NCBI GenBank assembly: GCA_002104945.1
Contig: MCFH01000065.1
Location: 227,491-291,490, forward strand
Length of the DNA stretch: 64,000 nucleotides
Source: Piromyces finnis finn
Lineage: Eukaryota > Fungi > Neocallimastigomycota
Reading direction: 5' to 3'
Shown: piece after piece, positions 10,444 through 21,245 of the stretch
How the letters are laid out: the number at the start of each line of letters is the position of its first letter
How positions within the stretch are numbered: position 1 is the first letter of the stretch
The notes under the pieces: generated by a model
Databases searched by the model: none
What the model saw: the letters and a program-made list of their open reading frames with translations, nothing else
What the model was told of the DNA's origin: nothing
Program-made: the position numbers and the translations under genes

Positions 10444-11234
10444 TGTAAAGATATAATATATATCTTTAGATTATTTAATAATTAATTATTAATTATTAAA
10501 TAATAAATTAATATTTAGTAAAACTGACTATAAAATTTTTGAGTAAATTTTATGGAATAATTTAATAATAAATTATTTTATAATAATTCCGTTAAATTTA
10601 AATTAAGATAAATATTTAAGTTTAAGGAATAAAAGAATTTTAATTAAATTTAAATATTTCAAATATTTTAAATAATTAAAATATTTTTCAAATACTTTTT
10701 ATTTAATTTTAGAATAGATTATACTTTTTTATTTAAATTTAGAATAGTTTAATAATTTTAACTTAGTTTTAAAAATAGATTTATTTATATTTCAATAGGA
10801 AATATATTAAGAATAGTATTGATAATATTAAATTAATTTATAGAAAATACATGGGCTTTATTCAATTTTGAGTTTACTCAAATTGAATTAAAAGTATAAT
10901 GAATTAGTTTAGTTTAGTTCTGTTATTTTATTATTTAATTAAATTAGTTTTGTTTATTTTATATTAAATATATGTTTATTTAAATAGAATAATATATTAG
11001 AATATAATTATGAAAAAATATAAATACATGTAATTTTTATTTGTTAAATCGAGGTAATTGTTATTTTCAATTTTTTAATTATTAACTATTATATAGTTAA
11101 TAATATTTTTAAGAGTTTAAATAAAAATGTTTTTTTTTAAAATAAAAATTTAATGTTTTATTTTTTTATTTTTGTGTTAATAAAAATTGTTTTGTTTTAA
11201 GTATAAAATCTGTTTTAAATTTTATACTTTTACA
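10444..11234 (+). repeat. 5' LTR (type B, 791 bp) of LARD copy 1
   Basis: Direct repeat of 15794-16586 and inverted repeat of 7203-7993. Confidence 0.95.
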
Positions 11235-11246
11235 ATAACAATTACC
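11235..11246 (+). promoter_or_regulatory. Self-priming-type PBS of the LARD (ATAACAATTACC)
   Basis: Identical to the chromovirus PBS. Perfectly complementary to GGTAATTGTTAT at 11053-11064 within its own LTR. Confidence 0.88.
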
Positions 11247-11399
11247 TTTTCTTATTAAAAAACACGTTTTATATTTAATAATAAAACAATTTTTATTTTC
11301 TGAAGTTACAACATTGGGAATTGCTACCGTAGAAAATTTGGAACTTTTCGGAAATTTTTTCTCTTCGGAAATTTTTTTTTTGTCTACTTGAGTAGCCTA

Positions 11400-11630
11400 C
11401 CTTGTGGAACTATTTATGGTGTAACTTCTGTCAGTGTAACATTAATTTTGTGTTACCCTACTTTGTGAAATTCTAAATAAATTTTGTGAAACACTACTTT
11501 GTGGAACTATAATTGTGGAATTTTTACCTACTTGTGGAACACTACCTTGTGAAATCCTTCCTTCGTGGAATTCTTTTGAACGAATCTCGTGGAACTTTGC
11601 TTGTGGAACTTCTACTCTGTGAAACTTTCC
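11400..11630 (+). repeat. Cluster of about 11 YTGTG(G)AA motifs in the LARD leader
   Basis: cttgtggaac, ctttgtgaaa, tttgtggaac, ttcgtggaat, ctcgtggaac and similar motifs recur every 12-35 nt. Confidence 0.75.
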
Positions 11631-11779
11631 TTTTTATATTGGAATTGGAATAAGTGTAATTCTACTGTATGGAACAATGAAATCTTTATATATAAAATCT
11701 ATCTGTAATACTAATAGAAATATATTTATGAAATACTCTTGTTTTTAAATTGATGAAACTCTTTTAAAATTAAATTTAA

Positions 11780-13300
11780 TTATAATATACTATAAAAAGA
11801 ACTCGCTCGACACCGTTTGATAGGATAGAGTCTGAGCGACATCTTTTATACATAGTATATTATAAATTAAATTGGATATATACAATTAAAAGAGTAAATT
11901 AAATCAAAAAATTAATTGCAAAGTAAGAAAATTAAAACTTATTTAAAAAGAAAGAAAATTAAGAAAAAGTTAATAAAATTTTAAAATTATTTAAATATAT
12001 TGAGAAATAAGTGAATTAGTATGTTGATTTCACTTATTTGAATGAATTATTAATTGTTATTTTGAAATGAACTTATTATATACTTAAAAGACCTCGCTCG
12101 ACACCGTTTGATAGGATAGAGTCTGAGCGACATCTTTTAAACATGGTATATAATAATTATAGAATTATTTAAAATATATTGTATGAAAATTAAAATTTTG
12201 ATATTTATTAATTAAAATGAAATTGAGAAATAAGTGAATTAAAATGTAAATATCACTTATTGGAAAAAGTTATTTTATTGAAATATATTTATTATATATT
12301 ATAAAAGACCTCGCTCGACACCTTTTGATAGGATAGAGTCTGAGCGACATCTTTTAGACGTAGTATATAATAATTTTAGATTTATTTAAAATACATTGAG
12401 AAATATGAAAATTAAAATTTTGATATTTATTAATTAAAAGTAGTTGAGGAATAAGTTATCTTATTGAAATAAATTTATTATATACTATAAAAGACCTCGC
12501 TCGACACCTTTTGATAGGATAGAGTCTGAGCGACATCTTTAGATATTGTATATAATAAATTAAATTGAATATATAATTAAAACAAATTAAAATTTGATTA
12601 TATAATAAGTAAATTTGAAATGAATTTATTATATACTTAAAAGACCTCGCTCGACACCTTTTGATAGGATAGAGTCTGAGTGACATCTTTTAGATATAGT
12701 ATATAATAAATTAAAATTAAGAAATGAATTAAAATTTTACAATAAAAGTAAAAGTAATAAATGTGTAAAGTTAGTTAAATAAATAAATTATTCTTTATTA
12801 TAATAAGATTTCGATGACACCTTTTTAGAGGACAGAGTCAGATCGACATCTTTTTGGGAAATAGTATATAATAAATTAAATTGAAAATACTATAAATTAA
12901 TTTAACTTGAAAATTTGAAATATATAATTTAATTTAATGAAGTTAGAAAATGATTTGATATTTAAAATTACTTTTAAAATAATTTAATTTTATACTAAAT
13001 AAATAATTCGATGACACCTTTTCTTTAAAGGATAGAGTCAGGTCGACTTCTTTAATATGAAGATACAATATAAATTCGATTAACTAATTAAATAAATAAA
13101 ATATATTCAAGGATTATATATTATTAATTAAATTAGATAAATACAATTAAGAAGTTTATTAAATAATATATTAAAATATTATGAAGTAATACGAAAACGA
13201 GCTTAAAAAAAAAATAATTTAATTTCATTGTAATAACATGTTTTATACTTTATAAAGAATTCGCTGACACCAGTTGATAGGATGGAGTTGACTTCTTTTA
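11780..13300 (+). repeat. Array of about 8 conserved hairpin cores with variable AT-rich linkers (possible structured ncRNA array)
   Basis: Cores at about 11795, 12086, 12303, 12489 and 12639 (near identical), then about 12804, 13005 and 13254 (progressively diverged). Consensus AAAAGACCTCGCTCGACACCTTTTGATAGGATAGAGTCTGAGCGACATCTTTT. Confidence 0.93.
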
Positions 13301-15758
13301 TATAAAGGTGTATTTTATATAACTGAATATTTGACTAAATAGAAAATTCTTAATAATTAGAATATAAATTTAAAGCATTTTTAATTTGATTTGAATTTAT
13401 CAACAAAAGTCAATACAAATTTAGTTATTTAAAAAGTTATACATTTATTAAAAAAAAAAAAAAAAAAAAAAAAATTAATTTTATATTTCGTAAATTAAGA
13501 TAATTTGATTGTAATAGTTTATTAAATAATTCATTAAACAAATGATTAAGATTAATAATTAAAATAATTTGAATTCAATATGAGGAGGTTTTACAAATTT
13601 AGTTGTTAAATAAATTATGTTTTTTATATTTAATAAATTAAAATAAACTAATTAAATAAAGAATTTCTTATAATTGTAGAATAAATTCACAAATTTAATT
13701 TGATTTGAATTTATTATAAAGAAGTTATTGTATATCTAGTTAATAAGTTTATATTTTTATTAAGAAGTAAGTTTTATATTTAAAAGATTCAAATAACTTG
13801 AATAAATTAATATAGTAGCTTTGATTGAATAATTATAAAGTTAAATAAATATATAATAAGAAATGAGTGTAATATTTTTTTATTCTTAATAATATGATGG
13901 TAGTGAAATCAGAGCTAGAAAATTAATCTATTCTGGATCTGTTCTTAATTTCATTTAGTATTGTAGAATTAGAAATAGCTATAATAGAAATTAATGAGGA
14001 ATAGTTTTAGTAATAGTAACAATTTGATAATATAATAGTTAGTATTAATAATAATTAAAAAAAAAAATAGAATTAATAAATACAACAAATGAAAAAAAAA
14101 TATAATAAAATGTAATAAATAGAATAAATTAATAAATAGAATAAGTTAATAAATAGAATAAGTTAATAAATATGATAAATGTAATAAATATAATGAATAA
14201 AACAAATATAAATTAATGTAATATGTATAATAATTATAAGAGTTTTTAATAAATGAATAGTTTTTATGTACTTAATAAAACGAACTTTATAAAGGAAAAA
14301 AAAAAAAAAAAAGATTTTAATCTTTATACAATTCTTTTTAATGGAAGTATAATGAGATTGATAACTAAAATTACTATATATTGATTGTAGGAAATTAAAT
14401 GATATAATTATTGAAATTCATATATTCCTTTAATCAATAAATAAGATAAATGGAGTAAAATATGTTTTTAAACTAAATTTAAATATATCAATAGCTTAGT
14501 AATAATTAAATAAGGTGATGAATTTAAAATTGCTTTAATCTTTATATGGCATTTTTAATTTATTATCATACCTTTTATTCAAAAATGTATCAGCTCTATT
14601 TTAATATTTTAAGTGATGCTTTTGATGAAGTATTTTAATTACTTTATAATTAATGATATTTAGTACAACATTATGTATATGTTTATATCAATTCTGTGAT
14701 GTTTTATTGATGATATTTAAATTTATGAATTCATTGTTAAATTTTTAAAAAAAAAGAAATAATTTTATAATACCATATATTGATAAATTATAAAATAAAA
14801 GAGAATTATAAATATGCTAAAAGTATTTTAAAAATGTCTAAAAATGATAAATTTGTTAATTAAATTATAGTATTTACTTGATGACTTGATACCACTTTTG
14901 TTTATTTAATAATAAGATTAAAAAAAAAAATAGTGGTATAGTTAATATAATTATTGAATGATGTTTTTCCATTATTATTAATGAATGTTAATTTTTTTTA
15001 CAAATATTTTATTACTAAGAATTTTGTTATATTTATTTGCTTAATAATAACCTTTAAAAAAAATAAGTTCCACTTGGTTTAAAGTTTGTACAATAATAAA
15101 AAACATTTAATACTCTTTAAATGCTATTTTCTTTATAATTTTAGAATTGTCTGTTTGATATATTTTATATAAATTTTATCACAGACTTTTCATTTAAATG
15201 AGAGGGTGAACGAGATATTGTTCCAATATCTCCGTTGGTTAATAAAATCGAATTGATTGTTATATTGGAATCTACTTATAATATTTTATTGTAATCAATC
15301 AATCAATTTCAATTTTATACAAACTATGGATTTAATTTAAAATTTAATATTGAAATTTCTTCAGCTAATAAATCAAAGAAAGTTGAACAGATTATTATAA
15401 GTATTAATAAAAAGTATTAAAATTGTAAAATAGAATTTTAATCATGCATAAGAAGATTATAAAAGTCATGATGATCAAGAAGAATTGAATAAATAAAAAA
15501 TTTGAAACTTAAGTAAATGTTTTGTTTTGAATACTTAAATAAAAATGTTAATAGAAAACAATTTATAAATAACCATAATCTGAATATAAAAACAAATGGA
15601 TTCTTGATGATTAAGTTTTAGATAAATTATTAGAATTATGTATAAGTAACAAGAATGATAATAAGAGTATAAATAAATTAAATACTTATATATTTTTTTA
15701 ACAATGTTATGATTTAGAAAAAGTAGTAACCATTTGTTATTTAAATTTCTTCAAGAAA

Positions 15759-15793
15759 ATAATCTCGCAGGAGCTCGACTTAAAGGGCGAGAT
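15759..15793 (+). promoter_or_regulatory. Conserved 3' cis segment plus PPT shared with the autonomous chromovirus
   Basis: AATCTCGCAGGAGCTCGACTTAAAGGGCGAGAT versus AATCTCGCAGGAGCTCGACTTAGAGAGAGAGAT (minus strand, 293-325). Confidence 0.88.
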
Positions 15794-16586
15794 TGTAAAG
15801 ATATAATATATATCTTTAGATTATTTAATAATTAATTATTAATTATTAAATAATAAATTAATATTTAGTAAAACTGACTATAAAATTTTTGAGTAAATTT
15901 TATGGAATAATTTAATAATAAATTATTTTATAATAATTCCGTTAAATTTAAATTAAGATAAATATTTAAGTTTAAGGAATAAAAGAATTTTAATTAAATT
16001 TAAATATTTCAAATATTTTAAATAATTAAAATATTTTTCAAATACTTTTTATTTAATTTTAGAATAGATTATACTTTTTTATTTAAATTTAGAATAGTTT
16101 AATAATTTTAACTTAGTTTTAAAAATAGATTTATTTATATTTCAATAGGAAATATATTAAGAATAGTATTGATAATATTAAATTAATTTATAGAAAATAC
16201 ATGGGCTTTATTCAATTTTGAGTTTACTCAAATTGAATTAAAAGTATAATGAATTAGTTTAGTTTAGTTCTGTTATTTTATTATTTAATTAAATTAGTTT
16301 TGTTTATTTTATATTAAATATATGTTTATTTAAATAGAATAATATATTAGAATATAATTATGAAAAAATATAAATACATGTAATTTTTATTTGTTAAATC
16401 GATGTAATTGTTATTTTCAATTTTTTAATTATTAACTATTATATAGTTAATAATATTTTTAAGAGTTTAAATAAAAAATGTTTTATTTTTAAAATAAAAA
16501 TTTAATGTTTTATTTTTTTATTTTTGTGTTAATAAAAATTGTTTTGTTTTAAGTATAAAATCTGTTTTAAATTTTATACTTTTACA
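15794..16586 (+). repeat. 3' LTR (type B) of LARD copy 1
   Basis: Matches 10444-11234 with one G/T substitution and small changes in homopolymer runs. Confidence 0.95.
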
Positions 16587-18990
16587 GAACCTCTTTAACA
16601 TTCTTGGGAACCGGCCAATCGATAATTGCTTTAACTTTATTCTCATCCATTTGCAACCCATCTTTTGAAATGACATAACCAAGAAAAGTGGTTTTCTCAA
16701 CATCAAACTCACATTTTTCTAATTTAACATAAAGATTATTTTCAAGTAGTTTCTTAAGTACCTTTTTAACATGCTCGTGATGTTCTTCGATATTATTAGA
16801 ATAAATAAGGATATCATCAATATATGAGATAACAAAATCATCTAAATAATCACTAAGAACATCGTTAATAAAGTGTTGAAAGGTTGCAGGTGCATTCTTT
16901 AATCCAAAAGGCATAACCAGATATTCAAAATGACCATACCTAGTACGAAAAGCCGTTTTGTATTCGTCACCTTCTTTAATACGAACAAGATTATAAGCAG
17001 ATTTGAGATCTAATTTAGTGAAAATTTTAGCATTTTTCACTCTTTCCAGAAGGTCACTTATTAAAGGTAAAGGATATGAATTACGAATTGTAATATCATT
17101 CAACCTTCTATAATCAATACAAAGTCTTAAGGAACCGTCCTTCTTTTTAACAAATAAAATTGGGGCACCAGCAGGAGACGATGATTTCCTAATAAAACCT
17201 TTATTTAAATTTTCATCTATATACTTTTTAAGTTCCTCTCTTTCAACTTCAGTTAATGGATACAAGGGTCCATAAAATAAAGTTGAATCATCCTTAAGTT
17301 TGATTTCACAATCATAAGGTCTATGAGGAGGTAACACTTCACAATTTTTTTCGTTAAACACTTCACTAAATTCTAAATATTGGGTTGGTACGGCGATCAA
17401 TTTATCTTTATTAATATCCTTTTCATTATTATTATTATTACTACATGATTCATTATCATTATTACATGTTTCAATAATTTTCGTTACAATACATTTAACT
17501 TTTTTATTAAAACTAATATATTCATCATCGCTGTCATCTTCATCATTAATGGTTCTAACAAGGCGGCCTTTAACATATTCTTTTTCTTCATGGTTTGGGA
17601 CGGAGGGATCTACTTTCGGTTTTTTGGTTAAGCTTCGGTCGAGAACATCATGATCTAATTGATCATTCTTGGACTTCTTTCTTGGTTTTCTTTTTCTTTT
17701 ACCTTTGTTACAGTGTCTGGCACAATAACCAGAACTAAAAGCGATTTTCTTAGAGTCATAGAAAGCATTTGGATTATGCTTCTTTATCCACGGCAAACCA
17801 AGAATAACATCAACACCGGGGACTTGTAATCCATAAAGTTGAATTACTTCGAAGTGATTTTTGCATCGGAGCATACACTTCTCAGTCCTTTCCCATACAC
17901 TAACAACTCCATCACTAACACCTGATACACGGAATGGTTCTACCTTTTCCAACTTAATACCAAGGTCTTCAGCAAGACTTGGATTAATGAAATTCAATTC
18001 AGAACCGGAATCAATTAAAACCTTAATTTTAACTTCCGAAACTTCATTGGTACTCAAGTAAAAATCCACAAGATTTAAATCACTTTTCACTCCCTTGACT
18101 CCAACTTTGTAAATTTTTGGATTAACAATTTTTGGAGTCCTTTCTTTAACAATTCTTAACACTTTTCTGGGCTTTACTCTATTAGGACAATTAAATTTTA
18201 AATGTCCTGGCTGTTTACAAAGAAAACATAATCCTTTTTTCTTTTCTTCTTCAAAGTTGTCCATGTTTTCATTGTAATTTTTACTTGATCCTTGGATATT
18301 CACATACCTTCTACGCTTGTTTTCTCTACTAATTCTAAATACATCCACATCCATAGGATCATCAGCCCTTCTACTATTAAAATAAAATTCACTAAGCGAA
18401 TTCCTTTTCATCATATCTTCAACTAAAATAGTTGAAGAAATCAATTGTTCAATTGAAGTTGGGTTTGATTCAATGAAAGCCAACTTCTCCCTAAGTGGTG
18501 GTAATAAACCTTTCAGAAACATGTAGATTTTTGCGCTATCATTAAAGCTTGAATTTTGGCTAATACGTTGAAACTCGGTAATGTAATCTAATACCTGACC
18601 AAGTTTCCTTTGGCGAATATTATCTAATTTACCGTTAGCTACAACGGTATCGTATCTATAACTGCCAAAGTTAGCCTTCAACCTATCTACAAATTCATCA
18701 TAATGGTTTAAAACCTCACTATTATTCTTCATCAACACTGAATCCCATTCCAACGGTTTACCAGAGAAGTATGATATAACAAAGTCGACCTTGACTCGAT
18801 CTGTATTATACAGTGTCGGTCGAGTACGAAATACCAACTCAACTCTGGTTAAAAATCCATCCAATTCTCTTAGTTTACCAGAAAATGTCGGTGGAGCATT
18901 AATAATGTTCCCCGAGTTCCCAGAAACACCTACAGTCCCATCACCCATCTCCAAATTCAAACTTTTAAACTCACTAATTAAGTCCTCCAA
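16587..18990 (-). pseudogene. 5' half of gag-pol (Gag, PR, most of RT) of copy 2
   Basis: Open frame homologous to residues 1 to about 800 of the copy 1 polyprotein. Also begins at TTG. Confidence 0.93.
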
Positions 18991-19186
18991 TTCAAAATAT
19001 AATATACAATATAAAATTAAAATGGTTTCTTACTACTGTTTCAAGTAAGTAATCTTAAAAAAAAATTTTTTTTTTTTTTTAATTACACTAGTACAATATA
19101 TTCTAATACAAAAGTTATTCAAACGCGTTCTGCAAAGCAGTGTCGAACAAGTTTTGTATTACTAATTCCTTTAAGATTTTAATAGT

Positions 19187-19324
19187 TTTCTTTCTTCAAT
19201 TTCTTGTCCTTCGGCGGTAGAATCCAACCAAGTAGCTTTTTCTTTCTTCAATATCTTGTCCTTCGGCGGTAGAATCCAACCAAGTAGCTTTTTCTTTCTT
19301 CAATTTCTTGTCCTTCGGCGGTAG
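19187..19324. repeat. 52-nt tandem repeat (about 2.7 copies) in the 5' leader of copy 2
   Basis: tttctttcttcaat(t/a)tcttgtccttcggcggtaga... starts at about 19187, 19239 and 19291. Confidence 0.9.
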
Positions 19325-19365
19325 ATACCCTAACGTATTCTTGGATTTCGTTAGGTAATTGTTAT

Positions 19366-19976
19366 TGTAAAGTCGACACAAAAGAATAGATTAGGATATC
19401 TATTCTATTACAATAACACTAAAGATTTATATAAAATTGTTTTGTTAAAAAAATATCTTTTATTATAATAGAAATTTTATTAATAACAATTACATTGATA
19501 AAATGATGAAAAATATCTTCTATTTATATTTTTCCTAAATACATTTATATTATATTATAACTATTTATTTCTTATATATTATTATTTAAAATCTACACTA
19601 AAATCTTAATTATTAATAAATATTTAAACTATAACTATTTTTAGTAAAATACAATTGGCAATTCAAATTAAGTACTATTCAATTTGAATATGTGCCCATG
19701 TATTATTGATATATTAAACATTTAATAATTATATACTAGATGTCTATTTCTATTACAAAACAATACTAAAACTAGGGGTTTGAATTGAGAATTTTAATTT
19801 ATTTGTTAAACATTAAGAATAAACTAATAATTTATTTTGTTTTAAACTTTAATTATTAATAAATAAATTATGTCCCATTTTCTTTTTCTGTAATATAATT
19901 CGTGTAACTTAAACAATGATATTTATGGCTTAAGTTACATTAAAGATATCAATCTGTGGCGTTTGATATCTTTACA
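19366..19976 (-). repeat. 5' LTR (type A, about 611 bp) of copy 2
   Basis: TG...CA termini, PBS at 19354-19365, homologous to 5338-5941. Confidence 0.93.
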
Positions 19977-20440
19977 AAAAGTTTATAAAAAAACAGATTA
20001 TAAAATTTTACAATAAAACATAAAACACGAAATAAATAAAAAGAAACAAGAAAAACAAAATCTATTTAAAAATATCTCTTTTATTAATTTTATTTAGTTA
20101 TTAACTAAATAATAGTCAATAACAATTACGTCGTTTTAATCAAGAAATTTTACATGCATTTATATTTTTCGTAAATTATATTTTAATATACTATTCTATT
20201 TAATTATACATATATTCAATATAAAATAAACAAAACTAATTTAATACTAATTTAATTAAATAATAAAATAATAAAACTAAACTAAAACTAATTAAATACA
20301 CTTTTGATTCAATTTGAGTAAACTGCAAATTGAATACAGTCCATGTATTACCTATATATTAATTAAATATTAACAATACTATTTATTATATATTTATAAT
20401 TAAAAATACTAATTTAAAACTACGCTAAAGTTATTAAACT
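19977..20440 (-). mobile_element. Diverged LTR-B-like relic (U5/R portion) into which copy 2 appears to have inserted
   Basis: Patchy similarity to 7203-7690: aataacaattac, ttacatg(c/t)atttatatttt, ttcaatttgagtaaact and ccatgtatt occur in the same order. Confidence 0.7.
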
Positions 20441-20442
20441 TA

Positions 20443-20907
20443 TTGCTACCAATTGCATTATGGGCTATTCGAACTTGTAAATATGTTTCTACTGGTTATT
20501 CAAGTTTTGAACTATTGTATGGAAGATCAGAAAATATCCCAATAGATATTAATATAAGAAATTCAATATTAAGTATAGAAGAAAGATCAATAGAGGAACT
20601 ATTAACGGAAAGATTTATAGACCACGCCAAATGGGTAAAACAAGCTGCCAGTAAAATGCTAGGGACGATAAATTATTGGAAAAGTAGAAGATTAGCTCAA
20701 CAAAGTATGAACAATAAAAATAATTATAAAATAGGAGATAAGGTAAAGATTAGGAACCAACAAAGAAACAAGTTAGAACCCTATTTTATTGGTCCTTTAA
20801 TTATTAGAGAAATATCTTGGAACACAGTTAAATTACAAGATGAACTGACAGGACAATATCTAGAAAGAAATGTCCATTTTAAAAATATATTACCATTCAG
20901 GGAGTAG
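20443..20907 (+). pseudogene. C-terminal integrase fragment of a second Ty3/gypsy family
   Basis: LPIALWAIRT...SSFELLYGR and KLEPYFIGPLII. Related to the integrase at 43293-44354. Confidence 0.85.
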
Positions 20908-21245
20908 AAATAAAATAAAATAAAATAAAATTATAAATGCATTAAAATATATATATACTAACTATATAAGTATATAATAATAAGTAAGAAGAAAATTGAT
21001 AACTTAGTAGATTAATAATTTTATTAATTATTAATAATAATAGAAAGATATATACATATATATAAACAAAACAAAACAAAACAAAAAAAATTTTAAATAT
21101 AAAAATTTTTATAAAAATTTTAAATTTTTTTATATATAATTATAAAAATATTTCAATATAAATTTTATTAAATTATTTGGCATATAATTATTTTAATTAT
21201 ATCAAATAATTAATAATTATAGCTCAATTCTAGCAGGGAAGTTTC

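Larger units (their letters stand above)
10444..16586 (+). mobile_element. Complete non-autonomous, non-coding LTR element (LARD-like, 6143 bp)
   Basis: LTRs at 10444-11234 and 15794-16586 (TG...CA, near identical). TSD GAACC at 10439-10443 and 16587-16591. PBS 11235-11246 and PPT about 15782-15793. No meaningful ORF in the 4.5-kb interior. Confidence 0.95.
7994..19976 (-). mobile_element. Ty3/gypsy chromovirus copy 2, disrupted by a LARD insertion in RT and another in its 3' LTR
   Basis: 5' LTR 19366-19976, PBS 19354-19365, gag-RT 16587-18990, RT end to chromodomain 8250-10443, partial 3' LTR 7994-8213. The two coding halves rejoin in frame once 10444-16586 and one GAACC are removed. Confidence 0.95.

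Noticed and set aside
11795-11846. Hammerhead or hairpin ribozyme (retrozyme) in the array core
   Set aside because: CTGAGCGA does not fit CUGANGA, and there is no GAAA or three-way junction. AGUC is present but the hairpin-ribozyme loop B is not. A novel ribozyme is not excluded.
12456-12686. 76-aa ORF with a repeated MSLRLYPIKRCRARSF
   Set aside because: Antisense read-through of two array cores; no codon-level conservation in the other units.
11780-13300. CRISPR array
   Set aside because: The context is eukaryotic with no cas genes. The linkers are 100-240 nt, vary in length and are related to each other, and the repeats are about 53 nt. Only the polarity of decay is CRISPR-like.
11780-13300. 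Integron attC-like cassette array
   Set aside because: No RYYYAAC/GTTRRRY boxes, no cassette ORFs and no tyrosine recombinase in the window.
15160-15750. Decayed pol or chromodomain remnant inside the LARD
   Set aside because: Slightly coding-like composition, but no recognisable motif or alignment to the helper protein.
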